Positions 13,435-25,700 are shown, counted from the stretch's first letter. The stretch: 64,000 nucleotides of DNA from Hydrolagus affinis (GCA_012026655.1 JAAILG010000851.1:1-64000), one strand, 5' to 3'. Made by a program: numbers and translations. The notes: a model not told the origin generated them from the sequence alone.

Positions 13435-13823
13435 ATGTTTGTTCCTTTTGGACAATACCTGCGGCTTCATACCAATCGCCTCTTGGTTCACACAAAGTGG
13501 CAGCTGAGGAAGCATTATTGGAGCGTTTCTGTCACTGGCAAAGAAATGTCACTTCCCCAGCACGGCGTGGAAATCTTTCAGGCGGCAGTCAATGCTGTTT
13601 TACCTCAGACTATGATAAGGAACAATGTTCGGGTCGAGGGTGAGAGGCTAACTGTGCAAAGCCAAACCTTCCCAGTCCATAAGAATGTCTACCTGGTTGG
13701 CTTTGGGAAAGCTGTGTTGGGAATGGCAGTTGCTGCTGAGGACCTCTTGGGAGAGCACATGCTGCAAGGTGTGATCAGTGTCCCGAGTGGTATTCAGGAT
13801 GTTCTTCGGGCTGCTGGGAAAAC
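13435..13823 (+). CDS. GLYCTK: Glycerate kinase (GLYCTK) coding exon 1 (exon starts at 13397; ATG at 13435)
   Basis: Acceptor cctcag|13397; NVYLVGFGKAVLGMA motif; donor AC|gtaaga; 389 nt, phase 2. Confidence 0.95.
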
Positions 13824-14163
13824 GTAAGAGAAAGTTCTCCCAACATCAAGTATTCATTGGGAGTTTTTGTTAAGTAAAAGAGAATTGGATTAATTAGTTG
13901 GTGCAAGTCATTCTCTTTATGATTTAACATCATTTATTTAGTAAGGTCATGCCATCCAATGAGCCTACCTTATTTTAGTAGCTCTTTGTCACATTCCCTC
14001 ACCTTAGTAGCTCTTTGTCACATTCCCTCGCCTTTTCTCTATCGTTTGATGCAATTTCATTCAGTTGATCACTGGATAGAATCTCTGGCTGCTTGATTCT
14101 AATCTTCCTTAGCACTTGGAGACACTGAGGGACATCTCAGTTTTGCACTCGGATATCTTCATA

Positions 14164-14554
14164 CAGTAAAAGCCTGTTTATCCGGCACCCTGCGGGGGGT
14201 CGACTAATTGACTGTGTCGGATAATCGGTCGATAAGTTGCCGAAAACCCAACACAAAAAATTTACTTATTTTAAAACATATCATATTAATAATATAGTAA
14301 ATAGTAACAGAATATTGTATGGATACTTACCAATAAAGATTCCAGCACACTCGGTAAAAAAGCATTTTTTAAAAAATGCTTTTTTTTACCGATTGGTTAA
14401 AAACCCAGAGTTTGTAAGTTTAATAAGTGCGCATGCGTACACATTGCAAGCATGCGCAAAGTGAGCATACTCGCAAATGCTGGAATGGGGAATTGCCTCG
14501 GGAGGGGGTCGCGCAATCTGGTTGATAGGGTCACGGATAAACGGGCTTTTACTG
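14164..14554. mobile_element. pogo/Tigger-type (Tc1/mariner) MITE, 391 bp
   Basis: 21 bp TIRs CAGTAAAAGCC(T/C)GTTTATCCG matching at 20/21, flanked by TA on both sides. Confidence 0.9.
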
Positions 14555-15065
14555 TACATCTTTCAAAGTCTGAAACTACAGTCCAATCATGTGGTGTACA
14601 TTAAAATGTGATCCAGCATTACAATTATTAATGTTCTAGTTTGGCTGTTCGCTGGGCCTCTGTGCAGTGTGAAGGAAGCTAGTTAGTTAGCAGTAACTAA
14701 CCGCTCTCAGTTTTGGTGGTTGTTGAAGACGCCAATGATGTCCAAAAACTGCCTAGAACTAGCCATGTGCAAGAATTTAGCCAATCAGCACAAGAAGGAA
14801 GCATATCAGGTATACCCTTGCCGGTGTTCTATCAAAACCATGGTGTAGTGGTATATTGTGAAAGGGTCAAAACTATAGATTGGAGTGATGATTTATTCAC
14901 CACTGTCTTAGAGTGATTCATTTAAAATGCTAAATGAATGAATAATTTTTATATGGTGGATCTTTACAGCCGCTTGAATGTCAATGTTTAAAGGAAAATT
15001 ATACATTTGGTTAATAAATTGTAAGCAACACTTCTCTGCTTAATTGAATGTTGTTAACTCCATAG

Positions 15066-15217
15066 AGACATGCTTTTAAAGCCTCAGACCAAAATTCAAG
15101 TCATTGAGGGAGCTAAACATAACCTTCCTGATGAGAATGCACTGTCAGCAGCCAACAGAATCCAGCATTTAGCTGAAGGACTTACAACAAAGGATCTACT
15201 CATTGTACTCATCTCAG
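15066..15217 (+). CDS. GLYCTK: GLYCTK coding exon 2 (152 nt): [50 protein letters not shown]
   Basis: ccatag acceptor, G|gtaaag donor, phase consistent; translated by hand (absent from the ORF track). Confidence 0.95.
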
Positions 15218-15259
15218 GTAAAGGGAATTCTTTGACTCTCACAAAATAATTAGCATTTT

Positions 15260-15830
15260 CTTCCTATCCTCGGTGGAGGGAGGAGGTATTGGCTGAACTG
15301 GCTTCAAGATGACTTGAATGGCGACGGAATGTTGTAATCGGGCCAGCCCTCTGTAGCGGTCTCAGAAAGATCCACTGTATCCCAGTGCACTGCTGATGAT
15401 AGACCAGCCAGACTGGCTCATTAGCAGGACCTGGAAGGGCAGACCAGTTACTGGAGGCAGGGAATCAGCACCTGATAACCCTGCAAGCCAAAGCCCTAAC
15501 AGGTAGGGTGGTCCTAGCTGGACAACCAATGGGAAAGCTTGCCAGACAGTAATATCAATGGCAACCTATGCAACTTTAGCCGGTTAGCCTTCAGCAGCAC
15601 CCAACGAACACTCTTAAGGTCCCCAAACCTTGGCTCTCGTCAACCCGAGCCTAAGACTTTCAAGAATTAGGTAAGCAGGTTGTGTTCCTCCAGGGAAATA
15701 GTGTGCATTCCATTCTATCTCTAGGATTTTCATGTGTAGGTGGGATGCAATGAAATCTCAGCATGATTTGGATACTCTTGAACATAGTGATGGGTTTCTG
15801 CATGTGTCAGACACCTGGCTGACACATTTT
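15260..15830 (+). repeat. Unclassified ~560 bp interspersed repeat (family D), longest plus-strand copy
   Basis: Colinear similarity to 55660-56200 (-), 16410-16760 (+), 8190-8430 (+) and 21130-21915 (-). Confidence 0.75.
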
Positions 15831-17200
15831 TTTTGCATTTTTAAAACTCTTTAATTACATCAAAATGTCTCAAAGCAGTTTACAATTAGTAGTATAATGA
15901 CTGTTCTTGATAGGCAAATGTTTTGTGTGCAGTGAATCCCACAATGAGGTAAATGACGAATTTATCTGGAGGATTATTGACCAGGACACAATAAGAAACT
16001 CATTGTCTTTTGAATCGTGTTCATTGATAAGGGCTGTTAACTTGGACCTTTGTTTTAACATCTTATCCAGAAGATGTTTGACAATGCACTGCCTGGACCA
16101 TGAGCTCAGAATTGATTTGGAACTTGTATCTGGGTCAGAAGGCTGTGGATTCAAGAGTGCTAGAAACTGACAAGCTCTTATCTATCCTAGAGACATAGAA
16201 TAAACTAACACATTTTAGTGAGAGTGGTGCCTTTCCTTTTGTTCTAGATCCTCGATTCAACTATAGCCCATCCAATGATGCACATTGTTGAAGCATTCAC
16301 TGGAACAAATTTAAATGAAAGTAGCTTTTTAGGTTGCTCAGTTAGTCTTTGTTATTGCCATCCACCTAGAGAAATCCACGCTTGTTACGTAGTCAAATGA
16401 CCAACTAATGACTGTCCTCCAAGGTGGGGCTGGGGAAGAGAAAAGCGGAAAGCCTTTGGAGCTGAATTGTCTCCTGGGTGGCACTTTGGCAATGGTATGG
16501 CGGAATTGAGCTAACCCTCTGTAAATGGTTTCAGTAATCAAGTTCCTGAGCCAGTATTCCAAGGCACTGCTGATGACTAGCCAGCATGGCACACTATGGG
16601 GTCTCCAAGCTTGGCTCTTATTGGAATGGATTACGCATTCCAATAAACATCTCTGGAATTTTCCATGTATAGGTGGGATGCATGAAACTGTTTGGTTTGG
16701 ATACTATTAAGCATGGCGATGGGTTTTTGCATATGCCAAGACACCCGGCGGACCCCAAAACAGTTAGTAATTGCACAACATGGCATAGTGCTAGTATTGA
16801 GCTAAAATTTGATTTGATCTGGTTAAATCACATCCCAGAAGGAACAAGGAGTCAAAATATCTTATTTTTCCCCTAATATTTAAAGTTACAGCTCAGCTAT
16901 ATGAAACTATATAAGACAACCTGATATGAATGGTGCTGTATAAATGTAAATTCCACCCGTGCTCTCTGGCTAAAAAGAGAGGCTGCACACCTGCTTCCTG
17001 ATTGCTTATCAGTGCTGGTCGCTTAGGTGATACGAATTGCGATAGAACTGTTAGTTAATTATTTTTCCCCTTCTCACTGTTGGCCTCCAATGACACACTT
17101 GGGAGCACCAGGTGCTTATCCACATCACCCAGGATACAGCATATGGAAGCACTGACATTCTGTGGAACCCTGATGAGAATTTCCAAAATTATTTTTTCAG

Positions 17201-17376
17201 GTGGAGGATCAGCCTTGTTGCCAGCCCCTATCCCACCAGTCACTTTGCAGGAGAAACAGAGCCTGACTAAACAACTTGCTGCTAAAGGAGCAACAATTCA
17301 TGAACTCAATACAGTTCGCAAGAGTCTCTCTCTACTGAAAGGTGGAGGCTTGACTAAAATAGCCCATCCTGCACAG
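17201..17376 (+). CDS. GLYCTK: GLYCTK coding exon 3 (176 nt): GGGSALLPAPIPPVTLQEKQ...LKGGGLTKIAHPAQ
   Basis: ttttttcag acceptor, CAG|gtatat donor; conserved SGGGSAL and LKGGGL motifs. Confidence 0.96.
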
Positions 17377-17399
17377 GTATATATTCTTTTTGTTTCTTA

Positions 17400-17625
17400 T
17401 AATAATAATCCTTGCATTAGATATAACACCTTATCACTTCTTCTAGACATCTCAAAGTGCTTCACGTAATATTCTGTGAATTGACTGTATATTTGTGGTC
17501 GAAATGCAGCAGCCAATTGCCCGCAGCAGTGTCTACAAACGGTCATGGATTGAGTGACCAAAGTTAGATTATTATCCCCAGAAAAGCTATCCACCAATTG
17601 ACTAACAACTGGGTTCCTATTTACT
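17400..17625 (-). mobile_element. SINE family A fragment immediately after GLYCTK coding exon 3
   Basis: AATAATAATCCTTGCATT...CAGCCAATTGCCCGCAGCAGTGTC. Confidence 0.75.
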
Positions 17626-18858
17626 TGTCTACATTTTGTGCTTCTGAGGTATAGAGTTGAACTATTTTAAAAAAAAGGATGAAAAAAAACTCTTCCATGA
17701 TGTAATGAACTTTCAGAACAGGCTGAATGGTCCATCCTTGTTCCTGTGAATCACTGAATGAGCTTGCTGCATGATTAGAGTGTTTCAATGCAACAACAAC
17801 AAATTTACATCTATATAGCTCCTGTCAAATCGGGAGGCATTCATGAAAAGCACTATTATATATTTAGTATTAAAACACCAAAATAGAGGCTTGTTTTGAT
17901 ATCTGAAGATCTATCCATTACCACCCCACTTTTGAACAACAAAAACTTATCACTCTTGCTGTGCCCGGTCTATTTACTGATGCTGAGGATGAAAGCGTAT
18001 TGTTCGAGTTAGAGCTTCTGAGAATTTGTGATGCAAATACCTGTAATAAGATTAGAAATATATCTATGGGATTCAGTGCCCCAGGTTATGGAGAGGAAAC
18101 TAGTCAAGGTTCTTGCTTCTTATCAATATCCACGACGGTCGCTGTGTTTGAGCACTGGGTGAGTCCCGGATCATGAATGGCTGCAGTAGATTCTGGTAGC
18201 TTCAGAAAGGCTTCCAACACTTAAAGCTTATAGAAACAATGACCACATGGGCCACTTACCGAGGACAGGAACAACAGTGCTGCAGTCGAAAGAAAAATAA
18301 GGAGGGGAAAAAAAGGTGCGATGAACTGATAGCACCATGTAATGGCATAGAAATAGGCTACTAGCCTAATCTCCGTGATGGTGTTTCCCCCATATGAGCT
18401 CCCTAATTTAATTCCCCTGCTGTATTCTCCCCACACACTTCAATATTCCTCTTTTCAAGCATCTAATTCTCTTTCAAAATAATGATAGCTTCTACCTCAA
18501 CAAAAGTTAGTGGCAGAGAATTCAATGTTCTAGCTATCATCTGTGTAACAAAATAATATTTATCCTTGCATATGATTATCGCGCCATAAACGCCTTCAAG
18601 ACGTCTCAAAGCACTTTGCAGAATATACAATAAAATGAATTGACTGTATTTTGTGGGGGTAATAGGTCTTTATCTGGGTGCTCTTATTGATATTTGTGCA
18701 CTTCATCAGAGCTGGGCATGTGGAAAGGTTTGTGGTAATGAAGTACATTACGAGATGCACTTTAAGGGTACTTTACATGACACAACTGGTCACTGTATCA
18801 ATGCAAGTTGACTATGAAATAAACAACCTTAAAGTATAATATCTGTTCTTTTTGGCAG

Positions 18859-19767
18859 GTGGTCAGTCTTATCATGTCTGATGTTATTGGAGATTCTCTG
18901 GATATTATTGCCAGTGGTCCTACTGCACCAAGCTCCCATAGAACAGAAGACTGCTACAAGATTCTATCAAAATATAACATGGAGTCATCCATACATGGAT
19001 CTGTAAAAGAAGTTCTTTCTCAGGCTAAAGGGAGTACTACCTCTGGAGAAAGCCATGACTTTGGGCATGTCTGCAATTTTATTATTGGATCAAACGCAAT
19101 TGCGTTAAAACAAGCAAAATGTCAATCTGAAAGCTTGGGTTATAACACTTCTGTCTTGTCTACTGCAATGAGTGGGGATGTCAGGTCTGTGGCCAAATTA
19201 TACAGTATGTTGATTCAGTATGCATGTTCCACTCTAGCAGATTCTAATTATGTCCACCATGGCAACCTGAAAGATGCAATCATGCAGACTATCGCTATGG
19301 TGGACATTCCTGACTTCCAGCTAGATAGCTGCCAGACAGCTTTGGAAGAGTCTCGAGTTTCTGGGAGGCCAATTTGCCTACTGGCAGGAGGTGAGACAAC
19401 AGTAATGCTACGGGGCAAAGGTAAAGGAGGTCGAAATCAGGAGATGGCCTTGCTTGTAGCCCTTGAATTGCATAAAGCAAAATTAACAAGGTCACAGGAC
19501 CCCCTTTCAGAGCATGAAGTTGTTTTTCTTAGCGGTGGAACAGATGGGCAGGATGGTCCTACAGAAGCTGCTGGGGCAGTAGCTCACACCGAGCTGGTTG
19601 ATGAGGCTATAAGTGAAGGGCTCAATGTAGAGGACTTTCTCAGTAACAATGATTCCTTTACATTCTTCAGCAAGTTTAACAATGGATCTAATCTGATTAT
19701 AACTGGCCTGACATGTACTAATGTCATGGATGTGCAGGCAATTCTAATTAGACCTAAGAGAGTGTAA
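18859..19767 (+). CDS. GLYCTK: GLYCTK last coding exon (909 nt, MOFRL domain); total CDS 1626 nt = 541 aa
   Basis: ggcag acceptor; motifs SDVIGD, IASGPT, GGETTV, GGRNQE, GTDGQDG, TNVMD; stop TAA at 19765-19767; AATAAA at 19971 and ~20080. Confidence 0.97.
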   Translation: MVSLIMSDVIGDSLDIIASGPTAPSSHRTEDCYKILSKYNMESSIHGSVKEVLSQAKGSTTSGESHDFGHVCNFIIGSNAIALKQAKCQSESLGYNTSVLSTAMSGDVRSVAKLYSMLIQYACSTLADSNYVHHGNLKDAIMQTIAMVDIPDFQLDSCQTALEESRVSGRPICLLAGGETTVMLRGKGKGGRNQEMALLVALELHKAKLTRSQDPLSEHEVVFLSGGTDGQDGPTEAAGAVAHTELVDEAISEGLNVEDFLSNNDSFTFFSKFNNGSNLIITGLTCTNVMDVQAILIRPKRV

Positions 19768-21290
19768 ATGTTGAGAATGACCTTTCCACATTATCCACCT
19801 TTATGCCTAATGTGATCTAGAAATAAGTAAGAAGCTAGATTGTCTCTTTAATCAATCTACTTAATGTTTACCATGCATGTTAACAAAATAGATTTTCTAT
19901 GTTTTGAAATTGAAAGGGTAAAATTCCCTTTGCTGCTAAAATGTAGCATCTACTGTTTCAATAGATTTATAATAAAAAACATGACGAGTATCAGATTCAG
20001 TAATTAAAGTGTCAAAGGTTAAGCTTTTCCTAACTAGATAAAATGTATGAACTGGATTTGAAAGAATAAGAATATTGACAATAAAAAATTTAATAACAAG
20101 TTATTAGAATCCTTCCATTTGGTGTTGTGTCTCATCATGTCATTGAAACATCTCATATTGCTTCACAGGATTTACTATAAATTGTAGTGACTGTTTAATC
20201 ATAGCCATCCAATTGCACTGCAGTGTCAGCCTAGATCTGCTGATTTATGCCATAAATCAAGACATGTTCAATAAAGAGAACTGGAAACATAACATTGATG
20301 TAAAACACACTCACCTAAGGCTAGTGCAAAAGGTTCGCCTGGCCATCATTAGTCTGGACTGTGAGCTCACAGTGCCAACATGGGCCTTCAGCTTCCAATT
20401 TCTCACTTGAAAGCTACAACCAGCAGATTTAATAATGGATCCAATCTGATTGTAAATGGCCAGAGAAGGATGAAGTGTAATTGGTATGCAGGCATTTTTA
20501 ATTAGATCTTAAACTTTATAACTGCTGAGCATCCTCTCTCTCCAAATAAGGTTGGCTTGGTTAAGTGCAGTACAGAGATTACAGGTTAAAAAATACTGGA
20601 CTTTGACTTTGAGTCTGAATTACAGGCCTGACTGCTGTTTGGAATCAGTTGTCCCAGAATAGTGTATTTACCAATTCAAGAGAGAGAGAGAGAGGGTGAA
20701 ATATCCTTGAGCACATCTGCCTAAACTAAAGAACTCCATTCATAGAGATTGATGATGAACCTGGAAGTAAGTCACACTCCACCCTTTCCTGTGAAAGGTC
20801 TTGCTTGGCTGAGGGAATGCAAGTTTGGATAGCTCGCCTGGTTTAGCACCAGATTTTCTATTAAAGGTACTCAATGGATTCACTCATTCCTTCCATAAAA
20901 TGGCATCTTCGGTAAAGAAAATATCTATGTTTCTGTCAGTGAAGAGGGCTTCATGCTGCTTTTCCCACCTTCCTGACTGAAGCATGGCTTAAGAAATATT
21001 AAATTTCAAATAAGGACCATTACATTATTCCATTCCTCTCCAGAATCATGTTGAGGGCTCAATTGCCCTAGTCAACAAAACTTTATAGTGGTAAATAACG
21101 TTTCAGATATATTAGTAAACTACTGCATTTTTTTTGTCAGTGAGGTATCTGACACAGATAACAGCATCCAGCCAGCCAAACTTCCACAAATGCATACTGC
21201 CTAAACATTGGAAATCTCCCATGTATGGATTTGTGTATTCTTTCCGTGGAGGGATGTTGTCCCTGCTCACCAAATTATAGAATCTATAAG

Positions 21291-21625
21291 GTGGAGCTTA
21301 GCTCAGTGTGTGGGGGTACTACTGGACTTTAACCGTAGTGTTAACAGTTAGCGTGTTCACCTTGCAAGCAAGAGGTCGCGGGATGAATACCTGGGCAGGG
21401 CAAAATCTTAGGCAAGTTTCCTTACTCCATATTGCCTATTTACCCAGTTAACAGTTGATTGGCAGATCGCTTTTTGTTGGTGGTAATCCCTTCTCAAATC
21501 CCTTTCAATCCACAACTGCTTGTGGGTCACTGCTGTGTGCAATTGGCTGTTGCATTTTACCCATAATATAGTCAATCCGCTTATCGGTGTGATAAGGCTC
21601 TATTCCAAATGCTATTATTATTATC
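21291..21625 (+). mobile_element. SINE family A copy inserted into a family D repeat
   Basis: TAGCTCAGTGTG...CTTGCAAGCAAGAGGTCGCGGGATGAATACC...GGCAAGTTTCCTTACTCC...ATTATTATTA tail. Confidence 0.75.
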
Positions 21626-22624
21626 ACTATCAACCAGCTGAAACTGCATAGCTTGACGTGGAGAGCACTGACTGGCAAGCTTTCCACGACTTTTCAGCTC
21701 GGACCACCCGACTTGTGAAAGATTTAACGAGCCGAGTGAGAAGAATCGCTGCCTCTTCAAGTCTGATGATCTAGGCTGGCTGACGTCAGTAGAGTTTCGG
21801 AGTACTGCAGACCCGCCTGGCTCAAGAACTGGACTTCCGACACCCACAGAGGTTTGACTCGGTTCCAACATTCCTTTGCCATGTGCATCATCTTGCAGCC
21901 AATTCAGCCCTAAGGAAACTGAACTTACCTTTCCCCACCCAAGAGGATATTTATGATTCATGACATCTGACCAGCACATTGTAATGTTATGTGATGTATT
22001 TCTTGCTGGTATAATAGACTGTCATGCTACGTGGATCCTATTTTTTTTGTACACACACACGCACAAACACTGCCAAAACTCAGTATCTATGTCACAAACC
22101 TGCAGGATATGCCTTCAGTTCGCTGCCAATTTGTATTATTTGTTCCCAATACAAGGGTAATGATTTTAAAATCTGTTTAAAATCTACAAGAATAGCTTGA
22201 CAGAGAAAGAAGCTAAGGGTTGAGGAAGTCCTTTATAACATTACTCACTTTAAAGGCGAGACTGAAGTTGGCTCTGAAATCAGACATAGGATATTAATGG
22301 GAACTGGTTGGCAGCACTTCAAGCCTCATGACCTCCTTAGGATCCAGCAACTTAATTTGCACTAATAGTCACTGCCTCTGAAAGCAAAAAAAACTTGTGC
22401 ACAAAGAATGGTCAGTTAGTTGAGGTAATGCTGACACCCATGAAACCATTACACAAGCTATTCAGGAGAGAGGAGTGGAGGGGGTGGGGAAAGCAAAAGA
22501 AAATCTAGGGGCTCTGATGTCATTTGAATGTTTACATGTTTGAATCAAAATAACATGCTTTAAAGTGGATGAGAACAAGCACATACCAATAAATTGGGAG
22601 TTATTAAAGGGCAGTAAATTCAGG

Positions 22625-22741
22625 ATTAAGGGATAAAGTGGTCAGATGGAATTAGATTAGTAGATTAGCCATGATCTTATTGAATAGCGGAGCAGGCTCG
22701 AGAGGCTGAATAGCCTACTCCTGCTCCTTATTCTTATGTTC
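22625..22741 (+). mobile_element. CR1-clade LINE 3' end (shark HER1-like tail)
   Basis: AGCCATGATCTTATTGAATAGCGGAGCAGGCTCGAGAGGCTGAATAGCCTACTCCTGCTCCTTATTCTTATGTTC. Confidence 0.75.
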
Positions 22742-25700
22742 AGAGGAATTCAAATGACATCAGGAGCCACACAGCAAACTCAAACAATTTTATATCTCAA
22801 TATAAGATTATAGCTTCCATTGTTGTAAATCTTGTTACTGAAAATTGATCTGAGGTAGAGTTTTCTGTTTGCCTGGACTTGCATCTCTGCTCCCAGACCT
22901 CCCACCAACTCTACCTTTGGCTGACCACAAGAAGATGCATTTCGAGTCAGGTTGGATTACTATGGCTGATTCCCACAGGTTCCATTCATTCCCATAAACT
23001 GTATCCTTCTACTCTTAATGCTTTAACACTCATTGACATTGTGCTGCTATCTAACAGTGAAGCTTTATAACTACTGTACTCTTGAGTGTTTATGGGTGTG
23101 GTCCAGTTCAAACTTCTTCCCCGCAACCTCTCCCCCCCACCCCTGTTTTTCTTCCGATGACTCAGTCAGTAAAGCCACTGCCTGTTGTGAAACTGAGCCA
23201 CAGAAACCAGAAATTATCAGGTTCAATCATTGGTCTGTGTTGAGTTAGTCTAATTCAGCAAAGCAGTCAGTAAGTGATCTTGGTTATATTTGAGAAAGGA
23301 AAAAATGACCTCGGGAAATGCATTACAGTACTATTTCAATAATTGCTTGTTGGCACCAGACATACATATATTAAAGAGGGAGAAAAGACAGGAGCAAATG
23401 AAGAGAAATATAGTTTTAGGAAATCAATCGACAAAAAGCAAATAGTGAACAATACCAGCCAGAATTTCGGAAAAAATGTTTATTCCGCAAAAATTTTAAT
23501 TCACGCAAACTTGTAAACCACACTTCAAAACATTTGGCCAAACCAGTACTCATAGTGCAACATCACCCCAGTAAACAATGCCATCATTTATAATATAGAT
23601 TTTATGTACATAGCTGCAAAAATACAGCAAACCAACTATAGGATTTAAAAGAGTAGTACAGTTTTGCAATACTTTTCTGCACATATGCACAGCATCAGAG
23701 ATATGCCATTCTCAACTTGTACTGATGAATCTAATATGCACCAGCTAAGGTCTTGTTTTGAGGCCAGTTAAGAGTTTACAATGAAATAGTAAAGACTCAA
23801 CCTCTACATTGCAACAGCCTTTTGATGGATGTGGATTTGTACCTGATAATAACGTGATTGATCTATCATGTACAGCCGCAGACAATACAGATCAGTTACT
23901 CAATACAAAACTATGAAACTAGTCTTAAAAAAATTACCTTAATGGTAGTCCCACTGTTCAATTAAAGAGTAGTTCCTCTCTTAAAAATGGGGGTGTATGT
24001 GGCAAAGTTCAGGTCCCAGAACAACAAATCAGTTCTGCACACTGTTCTTGTGCGATCACATTTTCTCCAGAAGAAATTATTCATATTACTGTATATCAAA
24101 GGCATACAATGCATTCAATATATTTCTTTATATAATTCTGTAGCCCCAAAACATATCTGTGTAACTTGCATCTTCTTCGAGAAAATAATAGGCTTGGCGA
24201 GGTGGTTAACCAGATAGGAATGTTCCCTCAGTGAATCAGATGTGACTGAATGTGTAGGCACCCTAGATAAGTACCCAGTGTTAGCCTTCAGACATGTTTC
24301 ACAGTACAGCAATGAATAATACTACTGCACCTAGGAATTGAATTACTGCAAGTGAACAATTCAGCAAGCATGCGTGAAGCCAACAGTTATCTTTAAAATC
24401 AAGGCCAAAGTTGAGAAACTGCCCTATTGTTTTGAATATGAAACATGTATAAGGTGAGTTTTACAGGCAAGTAATTGAGCTCAGCTGCCATATGAAATGT
24501 ATGTAGATATGCACAAGTAATGAAGAGCCTATAACATGTCAATTATACAAAATTACAACAGGTTGTGATTAAATCATATTGTGATGAAATTGTCTTGTAT
24601 AGATTAGTCTTTAAAATTGCCTGAATTAAATTATAGTTTTTTTCCATTACAAAATAATCGGGTTATCACAAAGAGGGTGTAATGTGTAATCATCAATGCA
24701 TACTAAAATAGTATTATACTGTAATAGGAAGCCTTCACAGTCAAGTAAATCAAACTGTACTAGGGAAGATTATTAATCATTTATTGGTATACCAGGTGCC
24801 AAAACAAATGTAATAAGGACAGAAGTCTCTCAGATTTAAACCTGGTGTTTGATGGAAGAAGTGAGTTATTAAGAATGAAAATAACAGAATCTACTTGAAT
24901 TTTTCTTGTTCTTTCATTTATGAAATAATAATCCTTCAGATGTATTGCAGAAAATATAGATTTGTTCATAGCTGTCGACAACAAAGCTTGGCTTTCAATG
25001 GACGGCAATTCCTTCCCCACAGGGAAGAACCAAAGAAACACAAGACACTGCAGGCCCTTCCACACATGGTTAGAGTAGATGGTTTGTGACAAATGGTGGG
25101 AAATAAACTAAAAAATTGAGTTTTCTCACTGTGGTTGGATCAGGAATACCAGTTTCACCTCAGACCTGCGTTGGATACACTTCTTATAGCTCGATTGAAA
25201 CAGGTGGTGAAAGGTTTGAGGGGAAATGTAAGATTTTGAACTTGCAACAGGCACTGAACAGTGTTTCAATGGGGCTTGTTTTACACCCATGTTCATCCTA
25301 GCACATGATAAAAATTTGTGGCATTTTGCAGTAGCTTCATCCACATGCGGCTTCAAATCACGGAAATCTCAATGGAGGAAGCAAATAATCCCAGGAGTTG
25401 TAGAATTTGTCATGATAACATCCGAGGCCAAGGGGAAGACAGTACAGTAATGATTTTAAAACCCCCAGGGCATGTAAACTTTAAGTGGGTAACCAGATCA
25501 GAAAGAAGGCTCATCATAACAATCTGGTTTGTCTTACGATTTATTCATTACAAATTAGGAACATAAAGCAGGTTTTGCTACTGGTTACTGTGCAACCTGT
25601 AGTAAAGAAGGGGAAGGGGTGGAGCTATGTTTCAAATGCTCCCAAGTACAGAGGAGATTAAGAATACTCCCAAGGAAATTCAAAGATTTACCACAAAAGT

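Noticed and set aside
15390-15450. CTGATGA in three family D copies, suggesting a hammerhead ribozyme
   Set aside because: Only the 56.05 kb copy has a stem followed by GAAA, and no stem III with a valid NUH cleavage site could be built; one copy lacks the motif
17080-17200. Upstream extension of ORF 17080-17469
   Set aside because: Intronic read-through; the real exon is 17201-17376 by splice sites and homology
18492-18499. let-7 8mer site CTACCTCA on the GLYCTK strand
   Set aside because: Lies in an intron within a decayed CR1-like fragment, so it is not in the mRNA
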